From: Aquimonas sp.
GTDB lineage: Bacteria > Pseudomonadota > Gammaproteobacteria > Xanthomonadales > Xanthomonadaceae
Length of the DNA stretch: 64,000 nucleotides
Direction: 5' to 3'
NCBI GenBank assembly: GCA_044344935.1
Contig: JBIJCA010000001.1
Coordinates: forward strand, 17,410 to 81,409
Positions 41,483-52,126 of this stretch are shown here, piece after piece. The first letter of the stretch is position 1. Each line of letters starts with the position of its first letter. The notes under the pieces were generated by a model that worked only from the letters and a program-made list of their open reading frames with translations, made no database searches and was not told where the DNA came from. The translations under genes and the position numbers were made by a program.

Positions 41483-43954
41483 GTGTCGGCAGACCAGCAG
41501 CAGACCTGTGTGGCGCACAAGTTCGGAGGCTCCAGCCTCAAGACCGCGGAGCGCATCGCCCATGTGGCCGGACTGCTGCGAGGTCGCGCCGAGACCTGTC
41601 AGATCACCGTGGTTTCCGCGATGGGTGGCGTCACCGACGCCTTGATCGGCCTGGTGCACGCGGCCAGCCAGGACCCCGCGCAGGCGCAGGCTGAGCTGGA
41701 TGCGCTCGCCGCGCGCCATCGCGAGGCCGCGCGCGCACTGCTGGGCGATGCCGCTGACACCGCATTGGCGCCATTGGAGCGCGACTGGGAAGACCTGCAC
41801 GCCCTGCTGCGCGCGGTGGCCCTGCTGGGTCATCCGGCGGGCGATCTGCTGGAGTACGTGCAGGGATTGGGCGAGGTGTGGTCGGCCCAGCTGCTGGCTG
41901 CGCGCCTGCGCGTCGAAGGCGAACAGGTTGACTGGCTGGATGCGCGGGCCGTACTGGTGATCAGCCCCTCGGCCCTGGGTGCCGTGGTCGACTGGGCCGA
42001 ATCGGCTGCGCGTCTCGCCGCCTGGCGCGCGCGCCACAGCGCGCCGCGGGTGGTAGTCACCGGTTTCGTCGCCCGCGATACCGAAGGCCGCATCACCACG
42101 CTGGGCCGCAACGGCAGCGACTACTCCGGCGCGATCTTCGCGCGCCTGTTCGCGGCAGCCGAGCTGCACATCTGGACCGATGTCGACGGGGTGCTGAGCG
42201 CCGATCCGCGGCTGGTGCCCGAGGCCATCCTGCTGCCGCGGATGAGCTATGACGAGGCCTTCGAGCTGGCCTACTTCGGTGCCAAGGTCGTGCATCCGCG
42301 CACCATGGGGCCGGTGCTGGAAGCCGGCATTCCGGTGTGGGTGCGCAACACCTTCAACCCCGGCTGTGCGGGCACGCGGATCGGCCCCGAGCACGAGGTC
42401 GGGGCCGGTCCGGTCAAGGGCCTGACCATCGCCCGCGAGATGGCCCTGGTGGAAGTGGAAGGCACCGGCATGATCGGCGTGCCCGGCACCGCCGAGCGGG
42501 TGTTCGGCGCGCTGCGCGATGCCAGCGTGTCGGTGGTGATGATCGCCCAGGCCAGCTCCGAGCATTCGATCTGCTGCGTGGTGCGCGAGGTCGACGCCGC
42601 GCGCGCCGCTGAAGTGCTGCGGCGTGCGTTCGCGCGCGAGCTCGACGCCGGTCTGCTGCAGGCCGTGGATGTCGAGAGCGGGATCGCTGTGCTGGCGGCC
42701 GTCGGTGACGGCATGAGCGGCCACACCGGCATCGCCGGGCGTCTGTTCTCCGAGCTGGCGCGCGCCGAGGTCAATGTGCGCGCCATCGCCCAGGGTGGCA
42801 CCGAGCGCAACATTTCGGTGGCCGTGCGTGATGTCGATGCCGCGCGCGCGTTGCGTGCGGTGCATGCCGGTTTCTACCTGTCGCCGCAGACGGTCAGCGT
42901 CGGCGTGATCGGCCCGGGCAACGTTGGCGCGACCCTGCTGGACCAGCTTGCCGCAGTCGCACCGAAGCTGCGCGAACAGAACAATCTCGATCTGCGCGTG
43001 CGGGCCATCGCCGGCAGCCAGCGCTGGCTGCATTCCGACAGTGGTCTCGATCTCGCAGACTGGCGCGCGCAGTACGCCGCCAGCCAGGAACACTTCGATT
43101 TCGAGCATTTCACCCGCCACGTGCGCGCGCCGCATCTGCCGCATGCCCTGATCATCGACTGCAGCGCCAGCGCCACCGTCGCCGCGCACTACCCGCGCTG
43201 GCTGGCGGCGGGCATCCACATCATCACGCCCAACAAGCAGGCCGGAGCCGCTCCGCTCGAGCTTTACCGGCGGGTGCGCGAGGCCGCGCGGCACGGCCAC
43301 TGGCGCTACGAGGCCACGGTGGGCGCCGGCCTGCCGGTGATCTCGACCCTGCGCGACCTGATCGACACCGGCGACGAGCTGCGCGCGATCGACGGCATCC
43401 TGTCCGGCACCCTCTCCTACCTGTTCAATGCCTACGACGGCGCGCGGCCCTTCTCCGAGCTGCTGCTGGAAGCGCGCCAGCTCGGCTACACCGAGCCTGA
43501 TCCGCGCGATGACCTGTCCGGCCTGGATGTCGCCCGCAAGCTGGTGATCCTGTCGCGCGAATGGGGTCGCGAGATCGAGCTGGCCGATGTCGATCTGATC
43601 GGGCTGGTGCCACCCGAGCTCAGCGAGATCGATCGCGACGCGTTCCTCGCCCGCGCCGCCGAGCTGGATGCGCCGATGCTTGAACGGTTCACCCAGGCGC
43701 GGTCGCGCGGCTGCGTGCTGCGCTTCGTCGCCCACGTCGACGCCGAAACCGCCTCGGTGGGTCTGGTCGAGCTGCCGAAGGACCACGCCTTCGCACATCT
43801 GAAGCCGACCGACAACATCATCCAGTTCACCAGCGCGCGCTACAGCGGCAATCCGCTGGTGGTGCAGGGCCCGGGCGCTGGCCCGGAAGTCACCGCCGCG
43901 GGCGTGTTCGCCGATCTGCTGCGGGTGGCCCAAGGTCTGGGGACGCGCCTGTGA
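41483..43954 (+). CDS. thrA: bifunctional aspartate kinase/homoserine dehydrogenase
   Basis: [22 protein letters not shown], two ACT domains, [24 protein letters not shown] start placed at 41483. Confidence 0.95.
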   Translation: MSADQQQTCVAHKFGGSSLKTAERIAHVAGLLRGRAETCQITVVSAMGGVTDALIGLVHAASQDPAQAQAELDALAARHREAARALLGDAADTALAPLERDWEDLHALLRAVALLGHPAGDLLEYVQGLGEVWSAQLLAARLRVEGEQVDWLDARAVLVISPSALGAVVDWAESAARLAAWRARHSAPRVVVTGFVARDTEGRITTLGRNGSDYSGAIFARLFAAAELHIWTDVDGVLSADPRLVPEAILLPRMSYDEAFELAYFGAKVVHPRTMGPVLEAGIPVWVRNTFNPGCAGTRIGPEHEVGAGPVKGLTIAREMALVEVEGTGMIGVPGTAERVFGALRDASVSVVMIAQASSEHSICCVVREVDAARAAEVLRRAFARELDAGLLQAVDVESGIAVLAAVGDGMSGHTGIAGRLFSELARAEVNVRAIAQGGTERNISVAVRDVDAARALRAVHAGFYLSPQTVSVGVIGPGNVGATLLDQLAAVAPKLREQNNLDLRVRAIAGSQRWLHSDSGLDLADWRAQYAASQEHFDFEHFTRHVRAPHLPHALIIDCSASATVAAHYPRWLAAGIHIITPNKQAGAAPLELYRRVREAARHGHWRYEATVGAGLPVISTLRDLIDTGDELRAIDGILSGTLSYLFNAYDGARPFSELLLEARQLGYTEPDPRDDLSGLDVARKLVILSREWGREIELADVDLIGLVPPELSEIDRDAFLARAAELDAPMLERFTQARSRGCVLRFVAHVDAETASVGLVELPKDHAFAHLKPTDNIIQFTSARYSGNPLVVQGPGAGPEVTAAGVFADLLRVAQGLGTRL

Positions 43955-44883
43955 GTCGAAGCGTTGCGCGAGCCTTCGCACCCGCGAGCATCGGCAATGT
44001 GGGGGTCGGCTTCGACCTGCTGGGCCTGGTCATCGAAGGCGCCGGCGATACCGTCACCGTAAGCCGCAGCACCGAGCCCGGCGTGCGCATTCGCGCGATC
44101 CGCGGTTCCGAGGTCGCCCTGCCGATGGAACCGGAAGACAACACGGCCGGCCGCGCCCTGCTGTCGCTGCTGGAGCGCGCGCAGCCGGGCTTCGGGCTCG
44201 ACGTCGAGATCGACAAGGGCATCGCCTACGGCTCGGGCATGGGCGGCTCGGCTGCATCCGCTGTGGCTGCCGTGGTCGCCGCCAATGCGCTGCTGGAATC
44301 GCCGCTCGATGTCGAGGCGCTGTACGCCTGCGCGCTGGACGGCGAAGCCGTGGCCAGCGGCGGCCGCCACGGCGACAACGTCGCGCCGATGCTGCTCGGT
44401 GGCTTGGTGCTCACGGTCGGCGATGCGCCGCCGCTGAAGCTGCCGACGCCGCCGGGCGTGTACTCCGTGCTGGTGCATCCGGACTGCGTGCTGGAAACCC
44501 GCCGCGCGCGCGCCGCGCTGGCGACGCCGTATGCGCTGCACGAGTTCGTGGTCCAGAACGGCCATCTCGCGCGCTTCATTGCCGGCCTGTATCGCAACGA
44601 CCTTGAGCTGATCCGCGCCGGCCTTCGCGACGACCTGGTCGAGCCGCGCCGTGCCGCCCTGATCCCTGGCTTCGCCGACGTCAAGCAGGCTGCGCTCGAC
44701 GCCGGCGCGCTCGGCGCCAGCATCTCGGGCGCCGGCCCCAGTGTGTTCGCCTGGTGTCTGGGCCGCGACGCGGCGGCGCGCGCGGGTGAGGCCATGCGCG
44801 ATGCCTTCGCCGGCCATGACCTCGACAGCCAGATCTACATCTCACCGCTGGACGCGCCGGGCGCGCGCCTGCTGGAGGACTGA
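43951..44883 (+). CDS. thrB: homoserine kinase
   Basis: [37 protein letters not shown]. Confidence 0.95.
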   Translation: MSRSVARAFAPASIGNVGVGFDLLGLVIEGAGDTVTVSRSTEPGVRIRAIRGSEVALPMEPEDNTAGRALLSLLERAQPGFGLDVEIDKGIAYGSGMGGSAASAVAAVVAANALLESPLDVEALYACALDGEAVASGGRHGDNVAPMLLGGLVLTVGDAPPLKLPTPPGVYSVLVHPDCVLETRRARAALATPYALHEFVVQNGHLARFIAGLYRNDLELIRAGLRDDLVEPRRAALIPGFADVKQAALDAGALGASISGAGPSVFAWCLGRDAAARAGEAMRDAFAGHDLDSQIYISPLDAPGARLLED

Positions 44884-44886
44884 ACC

Positions 44887-46191
44887 ATGCGCTTCCTCTC
44901 CACTCGCGGCGGCGGCTCCCCGCAGACGCTTTCGAACGCGCTGGCCCTGGGCCTGGCCGAGGACGGCGGACTGTTCGTGCCGGAAACCTTTCCCAGCCTG
45001 ACCGCACTGCCGCCGGCCGGCCTCAGTCTTGCCGAGACCGCCAGCGCTCTGATCGCGCCCTTCTTCGCCGGCGATGCGCTCGAAGCCGAGCTGCCGGCGA
45101 TCTGCGCCGAGGCGCTGGACTTCCCGGTGCCGGTGCTGCCGACGCACGATGCAGGCATCGAGGTGCTGGAGCTGTTCCATGGCCCGACGGCCGCCTTCAA
45201 GGATGTCGGCGCGCGCTTTCTGGCGGCCTGCTTCGCGCGCCTGCCGCGTGAGTCGCATGCACAGCCATTGACCATCCTGGTCGCCACCTCGGGCGACACC
45301 GGTGGCGCGGTGGCCGCGGCCTTTCATGGTCGACCGGGTTTTCGCGTCGTCGTGCTGTATCCGGACGGTCGGGTCAGCCCGCGCCAGGCGCATCAACTGA
45401 GCTGTTTCGGCGACAACATTCACACCTATCGCGTGCAGGGCAGCTTCGATGACTGCCAGCGCATGGTGAAGTCGGCCTTCTCCGATCCCGGGCTGCGCGC
45501 GGCGATTCCGCTCTCCTCGGCCAACAGCATCAGCCTCGGCCGCCTGCTGCCGCAGATGAGCTACTACGCGCATTCGGCGCTCGCGCATCAGGCCCGCTAC
45601 GGTGAGCCCGCGCGCTATGTGATTCCTACCGGCAACCTCGGCAACGCGCTGGCCTGCCTGTGGGCGCGCCGGCTGGGTCTGCCGATTGGCGAAGTCGTGC
45701 TGGCCACCAACGCCAATCGCGTGCTGCCCGACTTCATTGACAGCGGCGACTACCGGCCCGCCCCGAGCGTGTCGACGCTGGCCAATGCGATGGACGTCGG
45801 CGCGCCCAGCAATCTCGAACGCTTGCGCCACTGGCTGCCCGCGATCGATGCGCTGCGCGGCGCCGTCAGTGCGCATTCGATCGACGATGCGCGGCTGTCG
45901 GCGGTGATGCGCGAGGCCGAAGAGCGCTACGGCCACACCCTGTGCCCGCACACGGCGGCCGCGCTTGCGGTGATTGAAGACCGCCGCGCCGCTGGCGACG
46001 CGGGCCGCTTCATCGCCGTCGCGACCGCGCATCCCGCCAAGTTCGAGAGCGTGGTCGAGCCCCTGGTGGGCCACGCGGTGCCGGTGCCGCCCGCGCTCGC
46101 GGCGCTGCTGGCCCGACCGGCGCAGGCGCAGCCGATGCCCGCCGACGACGGCGTGCTGGCGGCCGTGCTACGGCAGCTGCTGCGGCACTGA
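44887..46191 (+). CDS. thrC: threonine synthase
   Basis: ELFHGPTAAFKDVG (PLP Lys), ATSGDTG, SANSISLGR, PTGNLGN, ATAHPAKF. Confidence 0.96.
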   Translation: MRFLSTRGGGSPQTLSNALALGLAEDGGLFVPETFPSLTALPPAGLSLAETASALIAPFFAGDALEAELPAICAEALDFPVPVLPTHDAGIEVLELFHGPTAAFKDVGARFLAACFARLPRESHAQPLTILVATSGDTGGAVAAAFHGRPGFRVVVLYPDGRVSPRQAHQLSCFGDNIHTYRVQGSFDDCQRMVKSAFSDPGLRAAIPLSSANSISLGRLLPQMSYYAHSALAHQARYGEPARYVIPTGNLGNALACLWARRLGLPIGEVVLATNANRVLPDFIDSGDYRPAPSVSTLANAMDVGAPSNLERLRHWLPAIDALRGAVSAHSIDDARLSAVMREAEERYGHTLCPHTAAALAVIEDRRAAGDAGRFIAVATAHPAKFESVVEPLVGHAVPVPPALAALLARPAQAQPMPADDGVLAAVLRQLLRH

Positions 46192-46373
46192 CTGCACGCC
46201 GAGGGGCGCACCGTGCACGAGGCCTCCCTGCAAGCGTCGGCGGGCGAGGGCCCGGCGCGTGCGCGGTGGCGTGCGGCTGTAGCTCGGCGCTTCGCGGGGT
46301 TGCCGTCCTCGCCTGCTGGCGCAGCCCGTGCGCTGCGCATACTGTGCGGCGCTGAGCCCTTCCTGCGGGACCC

Positions 46374-47399
46374 ATGAGCACACTCTTTCCTCTGTTGCTT
46401 GGCTTTTCGCTCGGCGCCGGCGCCCTGCTGATGCTGGCGTTTGCCACCGCCTACCGCGGGCTCGATCTGCCGCCGCAGTCGCGCATCGCCGGCTGGGTGA
46501 TGCTGCTGGGTCTGACCCATACGCAATGGACCCACTTGGGCATCGTCGAGTCGGTGCAGGCGATGCCGCTGACCCGGACCTACGTGGCGGTGCTGTTCCT
46601 GCAGTCGCTCGGCTTCTACTGGCTGCTGCTCGGCCTGCTCCGGCGCAGCGAGGACTGGCGGCGCTGGGAGTGGGCGCTGCCGCCGCTGGTGCTCGCGGCC
46701 GGCCTGCTGGTGCCGCTGGCCTGGGCGATTCCGCTGGCCCTGGGCATGGGCACCGCGTTCGCCCTGCACCTCGCCCTGCTGCTGTACCGGCTGCGCGCCC
46801 TGCGCCGCTGGTTCCGGCTGGAGCTGCCGGTGGTGCTGGTGTTCGCGCTGATGGGAATGACGATCGGAATCGCCGGCGTGTGGGCACCGTTCGGCTTGGG
46901 CTGGGCGGCCTATGCGCAGGTCTACACCTGGATGATCGCGCTCGGCTACTTCGGTGTGTTGTGGCTGCTGCTGGCAGTGCCGGATCTCGCCAGCAAGACG
47001 CAGGAGGCGGTGGCGCAGAGCTATGCGCAGAGCACGCTGGGTCGGGTCGATGTCGAGGCCAAGCTGGCCGCGCTGACGCGATTGTTCGAGGTGGAGCGCA
47101 TCCACCGTGACGAAGGCCTGAGCCTGGCACGCGCAGCCGAGCTGCTGGAGCTCAGCACGCATCAGCTCTCCGAGCTGGTCAATGCGCGTCTGGGCATCGG
47201 GTTTTCGAAGCTGGTGCGCCAGCACCGCGTGCGCGACGCCCAGAAGATGCTGATCGACGAGCCGCGCGCCTCGGTGCTGTCGGTCGGCCTGGCGGTGGGC
47301 TTCGCCTCGCAGTCGACCTTCTACGTCGCCTTCAAGGAAGAGCTGGGTGTGGTGCCGGGGCAGTACCGCAAGCAGGCGCTGGGGGCGGGGCCAGACTAG
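46374..47399 (+). CDS. membrane-bound AraC-family regulator
   Basis: Multi-TM N-terminus; C-terminal LSLARAAELL...VGLAVGFASQSTFYVAFKEELG. Confidence 0.88.
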   Translation: MSTLFPLLLGFSLGAGALLMLAFATAYRGLDLPPQSRIAGWVMLLGLTHTQWTHLGIVESVQAMPLTRTYVAVLFLQSLGFYWLLLGLLRRSEDWRRWEWALPPLVLAAGLLVPLAWAIPLALGMGTAFALHLALLLYRLRALRRWFRLELPVVLVFALMGMTIGIAGVWAPFGLGWAAYAQVYTWMIALGYFGVLWLLLAVPDLASKTQEAVAQSYAQSTLGRVDVEAKLAALTRLFEVERIHRDEGLSLARAAELLELSTHQLSELVNARLGIGFSKLVRQHRVRDAQKMLIDEPRASVLSVGLAVGFASQSTFYVAFKEELGVVPGQYRKQALGAGPD

Positions 47400-47441
47400 G
47401 AGCGAGGAAGGTTCGCTCCCGCCAGCGCGAACACTTCGCGC

Positions 47442-47695
47442 GCCCATAGGGTGGGTCCTGACCCACCGCAGCTGAACCCTCGCCTCGGTTGTCGGTGATC
47501 CGACGAAGTTCACGGAGCGCGCCTGCGAAGGGATGCGGATAGCCCATAGGGTGGGTCTTGACCCACCGCACCTCACCTCTGCCGCAAGCACTTCGCCCTG
47601 CGGTAAGAGGGCGCGGGCGGAGATTCACGCCGCAGGTCGAAGCTTGTGTGACTGAGGCGAGCGTCGAGCTCCGGTGGGCCAGGGCCCACCCTATG
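47442..47695. repeat. REP/BIME cluster 1 (three ATAG-type hairpin REPs)
   Basis: CATAG-GGTGGGT-C(C/T)TG-ACCCACC-G at 47442-47470 and 47542-47570 (+), and CATAG-GGTGGGC-CCTG-GCCCACC-G at 47672-47695 (-). Confidence 0.85.
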
Positions 47696-47773
47696 GATTC
47701 GCGATGATCTTTCTGGAAGTCGGCAAGTCATTGATCCCATTGAGTCGGCGGCGCGCCATGTTCCAGTTCGATC

Positions 47774-48433
47774 GTGCCGGAAGCCGGAGGGCGTGGAGAT
47801 GTCGATGCTGGCTGCCACGCCCGCTGCCGGACCATCCACATGCTGCGTTCTCGCTTTCCGCCAGCCGCAAGGCAACTCCCAACGACGCGCATCGACGCGC
47901 TTCCGCTGGGCGACAGCGGACGCGTCCTCACGTCGCGCGTTCCGCTCGACCGTTCATCCGCTGAGTGTCCGCGGGAGTCAGACATCCCGTATGCGAACTG
48001 GCTCGTCCTGACGCTGCTGGCAACCTTGCCCAGCGTTTTCCTCAGCGCGTGGTTGGTCTCGACCCTGTTTGGCGCCTATGTGCTCATCGCCCTGCAGGGC
48101 CTTGCAGCGATGCCCGTGGTGCCGTGGATGCCGGTGCTTGGCCTCTTGTCCGCGTGCATCCCCTTTCTGTTTGGAATCCTCCCCGCGCTGCTGATTTGCG
48201 CTCCGCTGTGGGCCTTGCTGCAGCGGCTGGGGATGGGCGGGTACATCGCCTTCGCTGTGGTCGGCAGCGTGCCGGCCGCTGGTCTGCTCATCGTCGATGG
48301 CTCCTCTCTCGGCGGGCTGTTTCTTGTTTTCGGTCTGCCCGCCAGTCTGCTGGTGCGTGCGTTTGTCTCGTCGGCGGAGTCGGCTTGCCGGACGCGAAAG
48401 TGCACAGCCGAAGGCAAGGAGCACTCGCCATGA
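47774..48433 (+). CDS. hypothetical multi-TM membrane protein (start uncertain)
   Basis: Hydrophobic region from about 47995 (WLVLTLL...GILPALLICAPLWALL); stop overlaps the next ATG. Confidence 0.5.
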   Translation: MPEAGGRGDVDAGCHARCRTIHMLRSRFPPAARQLPTTRIDALPLGDSGRVLTSRVPLDRSSAECPRESDIPYANWLVLTLLATLPSVFLSAWLVSTLFGAYVLIALQGLAAMPVVPWMPVLGLLSACIPFLFGILPALLICAPLWALLQRLGMGGYIAFAVVGSVPAAGLLIVDGSSLGGLFLVFGLPASLLVRAFVSSAESACRTRKCTAEGKEHSP

Positions 48434-48870
48434 CTCGCCCGATAAGCGGAGGCCGCGCGCTGGTGGTGAGCTATCTGTCCACGATCGGGGGCTTGCTGCT
48501 GGGGGCCGTGATCGGCTGTCTCGGCTTGGTGCTGTTCGCAATGACTGACGAATGCCATCAATGGGCCAACACGCAGCGTCAGCTTCGCAGCTTCCCGTTC
48601 ACTGTGATGCTGTTGATGTTCGTCGGTGGGCTACCGGCTCTGGTACTCGGGTCGCCTTTGTATGCGGCGCTGCTCGGCCACGACCTCGCCAACTACCTGA
48701 CTTCGGCCGTGCTCGGGGCAGCGCTGATAGGCCCGTTCTTCCTGCTCTTCACGGGCCAGTTAGGCGGTCTGATGTTCGGCCCCTGCGTCGCCTGCTCCAC
48801 CCACTTCATCGCGAACCGGCTGCTGCGCGGATGGCTGCGGCCGCCGTCTGCGGTCGAGCCCTCGCACTGA
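48430..48870 (+). CDS. hypothetical 4-TM membrane protein
   Basis: AAGGAG RBS and ATGA overlap; 146 aa; GGLPALVLGSPLYAALL. Confidence 0.7.
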   Translation: MTRPISGGRALVVSYLSTIGGLLLGAVIGCLGLVLFAMTDECHQWANTQRQLRSFPFTVMLLMFVGGLPALVLGSPLYAALLGHDLANYLTSAVLGAALIGPFFLLFTGQLGGLMFGPCVACSTHFIANRLLRGWLRPPSAVEPSH

Positions 48871-48955
48871 CACCATCGCGGGCGCTACACAATCGCTACA
48901 AACCCGCACCAATCCCGCAGCTGAAGCGCGGGCGGTCTGGCTCTAGTCTGCATTC

Positions 48956-49120
48956 CATCAAGCGCGGCCACGGACAGGCTCGCTGCAGTTCAGGCCAACG
49001 CCCTTGTGGGCACGGTCGACGGGGTCCGGACGTTCCGGGCAGTTTCTTCGGGTATCTGCTTCTTCATGTGTATCGGTGCTGTCGTGGCCCGGCCCGCTTG
49101 TGCGGGTCGGGCCTTTTCTT
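48956..49120 (+). ncRNA. candidate sRNA of about 160 nt
   Basis: CTGAAG-N17-TAGTCT (48921-48949) upstream, several internal hairpins, strong terminator, and no convincing ORF. Confidence 0.4.
49086..49120 (+). terminator. intrinsic terminator
   Basis: 12-bp stem GGCCCGGCCCGC-TTGT-GCGGGTCGGGCC followed by TTTTCTT. Confidence 0.85.
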
Positions 49121-49184
49121 GTCCGGCGCAGCGCAGGTCCCGCAGGTTCGATCGCGGTGCTAGCCGTCACCGCCTGGCGCGTGT

Positions 49185-49787
49185 TCAGAGGGTGCCGCGG
49201 TTCCTGCCGATCCACGGGCGGTAGTACTCGCGGATCCTCGCCATGTCGGCATCCAGCGAGTCGGTCATGTCCATCAGCGGGCCGACGCCGATCACCCGCT
49301 CGGGGTAGTGGAAGTACACGCACAGCACCGGCACCTCGGCGGCGCGGGCGATGCGCCAGAAGCCGGATCGCCAGTCCTCGACGCGGCGGCGCGTGCCTTC
49401 CGGCGCCAGCGCCACCCACAGCCTTTCGCGACCGCGGTAACGCTCGGCGACCTGCTCGACCACGCCCGCACTGCTGCTGCGGTTGACCGGAAACCCGCCG
49501 AGCCGGCGCAGCACCCAGCCGACCGGCCCGCGGAACAGCTCGGCCTTGGCCATGAAAGCGATGTCGAGGCCGAGCGCGATCTTCATGCCGAGGCCCCAGA
49601 TGGCGTCCCAGCCGGATGAATGCGGCGCGACGATGATCACCATCTTGTCGACTTCGGGAAACGCGCCGCGCATGTGCCAGCCGCCCAAACGCAGCAGGCC
49701 GCGGCCGAGCCCGCGGGTGAAGGCACCGCCGCGCCGCGGCGCGCGCGCCGGCAGCGGCGGATGCACAGGAATGTTCAGGGGTAGCAT
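49185..49787 (-). CDS. PlsC-like lysophospholipid acyltransferase
   Basis: APHSSGWD (HxxxxD), FMAKAELF, GGFPVNR, LAPEGTR. Confidence 0.88.
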   Translation of the reverse strand: MLPLNIPVHPPLPARAPRRGGAFTRGLGRGLLRLGGWHMRGAFPEVDKMVIIVAPHSSGWDAIWGLGMKIALGLDIAFMAKAELFRGPVGWVLRRLGGFPVNRSSSAGVVEQVAERYRGRERLWVALAPEGTRRRVEDWRSGFWRIARAAEVPVLCVYFHYPERVIGVGPLMDMTDSLDADMARIREYYRPWIGRNRGTL

Positions 49788-50212
49788 CAGTCGACGTCCA
49801 CGCCGCGCGCTGCCCGCTGGCGCTTGATGCCGGCGCGCTCGCGCTTGCTGCTCAGGCGGCGTTCCTGCGAGCCCTTGCTGGGTTTGGTGGCGATGCGCGG
49901 TTTAGGCGGCTTCAGCACGGCGAGGATCAGGGCGAGCAAGCGTTCGCGCGCGTCCTCGCGGTTGCGGTCCTGGCTGCGATAGCGCTGCGCCTGGATGATC
50001 ACCACGCCATCTTCGGTGATGCGGCTGTCGCGCCGCGCCAGCAGGCGCGCCTTCAGCGGGGCCGGCAGGGCATCCGAGTGGGCGGCGTCATAGCGCAGCT
50101 CGACCGCGGTCGCGACCTTGTTGACGTTCTGGCCGCCGGGTCCGGACGAACGCACGAAGCGTTCCTCGAGCTCTTCGTCGGGAATGGCGATGGAGGGCGT
50201 GATGCGGAGCAT
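49787..50212 (-). CDS. arfB: alternative ribosome rescue factor B
   Basis: RSSGPGGQNVNKVAT (GGQ), QRYRSQDRNR, basic C-terminal tail. Confidence 0.95.
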   Translation of the reverse strand: MLRITPSIAIPDEELEERFVRSSGPGGQNVNKVATAVELRYDAAHSDALPAPLKARLLARRDSRITEDGVVIIQAQRYRSQDRNREDARERLLALILAVLKPPKPRIATKPSKGSQERRLSSKRERAGIKRQRAARGVDVD

Positions 50213-50255
50213 GGGCAGGGTTCGCGGGGGCTGCGGGATTGTAGCGAGCGATGAG

Positions 50256-50427
50256 AGCGGGGATTGGGGATTGGGGATTGGGAATTGCCGAAGGTGGGCT
50301 GCATGACGGGTTGGGTGCGTGCTCCGCTTCGTCGAGCCACTCTCACAGCTGGGGAGCCGGCCGCGCAGCTGAGCCGGAGCGCTAGCCAGGATCGCCAATC
50401 CCCAATCCCCAATCCCCAATCCCCGCT
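50256..50427. repeat. inverted heptamer-repeat element A
   Basis: (GGGATTG)3-GGAATTG at 50260-50287 and (CAATCCC)4 at 50396-50423; a 25-bp perfect inverted repeat (50256-50280 / 50403-50427). Confidence 0.9.
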
Positions 50428-51128
50428 GCCACCCCCTGCCACCCGAACCGCTCCAGCAGCGCCTCGAACTCGCCGTCCACGGGCGCTTCGATGCACAGGC
50501 GTCGGCCGTCGGCGGGATGGTCGAAAGCGATCCGCCACGCGTGCAGCAGCATGCGGTGGCAGCGCAGCTCGGCGCGGAACAGACGGTTGTGGCGGCCGTC
50601 GCCGTGGCTGGTGTCGCCGATCAGGTGATGGTGGATGTGCTTCAGGTGGCGGCGCAGCTGGCGGTAGCGGCCGGTCTCGGGCTGCATCGCGAGCAGGCTG
50701 TAGCGCGCGGTCTCGAAGCCGCTCATGGGGTAGGGCAGTTCGATCGTCGCCAGTCGGCGGTAGTGGCTGATCGCCGGCTTGGGCTCGGGCTTGCCCGGCG
50801 CATCCAGCGCGTGCTCGATGCGGTCGGCATCCATGGTCCAGCCGCGCACCACGGCGAGATAGGTCTTCTCCACGCTGCGGCCCATGAATTGCTCGCCGAG
50901 TGCTGCAGCGGTGCTCTTGTCGAAGGCCAGCAGCAGGGCGCCCGAGGTGGCGCGGTCCAGGCGATGGGCCAGGAAGCAGCGCTGGCCGAGCTGCTCGCGC
51001 AGCTGATCCAGCAGGAAGCGATCCTCGTGGGCCGCGATCTGGCTGCGGTGGGCCAAGAGGCCCGCCGGCTTGTTGACTACGGCCAGGGCCTCGTCACGGT
51101 AGAGCAGGTCGAGCGGGGCCTCGGACAT
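50382..51128 (-). CDS. truC: tRNA pseudouridine synthase C
   Basis: VVNKPAGLLAHRS, HRLDRATSG (catalytic Asp), TGRYRQLRRH, IGDTSHG. Confidence 0.9.
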   Translation of the reverse strand: MSEAPLDLLYRDEALAVVNKPAGLLAHRSQIAAHEDRFLLDQLREQLGQRCFLAHRLDRATSGALLLAFDKSTAAALGEQFMGRSVEKTYLAVVRGWTMDADRIEHALDAPGKPEPKPAISHYRRLATIELPYPMSGFETARYSLLAMQPETGRYRQLRRHLKHIHHHLIGDTSHGDGRHNRLFRAELRCHRMLLHAWRIAFDHPADGRRLCIEAPVDGEFEALLERFGWQGVAAGIGDWGLGIGDPG

Positions 51129-51193
51129 CGGGGCAGTGGTCTGAACACGGCCGGCTATGATGCCCGACCCTTCCGCAGGCACGAACTCCCGCC

Positions 51194-52126
51194 ATGCAGC
51201 CCATCGACACCGTGGCCGACTATCTGCGCGGCCTGCAGGACCGCATCTGCAGCGCCATCGAGGGCGCCGACGGCGCCGCGCGCTTTGCCGAAGACGAATG
51301 GCAGCGCGCCGAAGGCGGCGGCGGCCGCACCCGCGTGCTGCGCGAGGGCGCCGTGTTCGAGCAGGCGGGCATCGGCTTCTCGGACGTCAGCGGCGAGCGC
51401 CTGCCGCCCTCGGCCAGCGCCGCTCGGCCCGAGCTGGCGGGTGCGTCCTGGCGCGCGGTCGGTGTGTCGCTGGTGTTCCACCCGCGCAACCCGTACATCC
51501 CCACGACCCACGCCAACGTGCGCCACTTCCGCGCGATGCGCGATGGCGAGGTCGTGGGCTGGTGGTTCGGCGGCGGCTTTGATCTCACGCCCTTCTATCC
51601 CTTGGATGAGGACGTGCTGCACTGGCATCGCGCTGCACGCGACCTGTGCGAGCCCTTCGGTGGCGAGGCGCGCTATGCCGCGCACAAGCGCTGGTGCGAC
51701 GAGTACTTCTTCTTGAAGCATCGCGGCGAGACCCGCGGCGTCGGCGGTCTGTTCTTCGACGACCTGCACGAGGACTTCGACCGCGACTTCGCCTACCTGC
51801 AGGCGGTGGGCAACGGCTTCCTCGATGCCTATCTGCCCATCGTCGAGCGCCGCCGCGACACGCCTTTCGGCGAGCGCGAGCGCGAGTTCCAGCTCTACCG
51901 CCGCGGCCGCTACGTCGAGTTCAACCTGGTCTGGGACCGCGGCACCCTGTTCGGCCTGCAGAGCGGCGGCCGCACCGAATCCATCCTGATGAGCCTGCCG
52001 CCGCGCGTGCGCTTCGAGTACGGCTACACGCCCGAGCCCGGCAGCGCCGAAGCCCGCCTCAACGACTACCTGCGGCCGCGGGAGTGGCTTGGGAGCGGGG
52101 ATTCGGGATTGGGGATTGGGGATTGA
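51194..52126 (+). CDS. hemF: oxygen-dependent coproporphyrinogen III oxidase
   Basis: [45 protein letters not shown]. Confidence 0.97.
   Translation: MQPIDTVADYLRGLQDRICSAIEGADGAARFAEDEWQRAEGGGGRTRVLREGAVFEQAGIGFSDVSGERLPPSASAARPELAGASWRAVGVSLVFHPRNPYIPTTHANVRHFRAMRDGEVVGWWFGGGFDLTPFYPLDEDVLHWHRAARDLCEPFGGEARYAAHKRWCDEYFFLKHRGETRGVGGLFFDDLHEDFDRDFAYLQAVGNGFLDAYLPIVERRRDTPFGEREREFQLYRRGRYVEFNLVWDRGTLFGLQSGGRTESILMSLPPRVRFEYGYTPEPGSAEARLNDYLRPREWLGSGDSGLGIGD

Noticed and set aside
41228-43981. N-terminal 918 aa of the 1,840-aa minus-strand ORF
   Set aside because: It is the antisense shadow of thrA plus intergenic DNA. The real protease starts at 41227 with an SD and signal peptide.
47442-47695. 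Possible mini-CRISPR (29-bp direct repeats with a unique spacer); same question for 61889-62289
   Set aside because: There are only 2-3 copies, in mixed orientation, with irregular spacers of 27-100 bp and no cas genes. The tetranucleotide-plus-hairpin form is that of REPs.
47696-47964. Several short ORFs on both strands after REP cluster 1
   Set aside because: None has a clear RBS, consistent codon bias or recognisable motif, so I could not choose among the frames.
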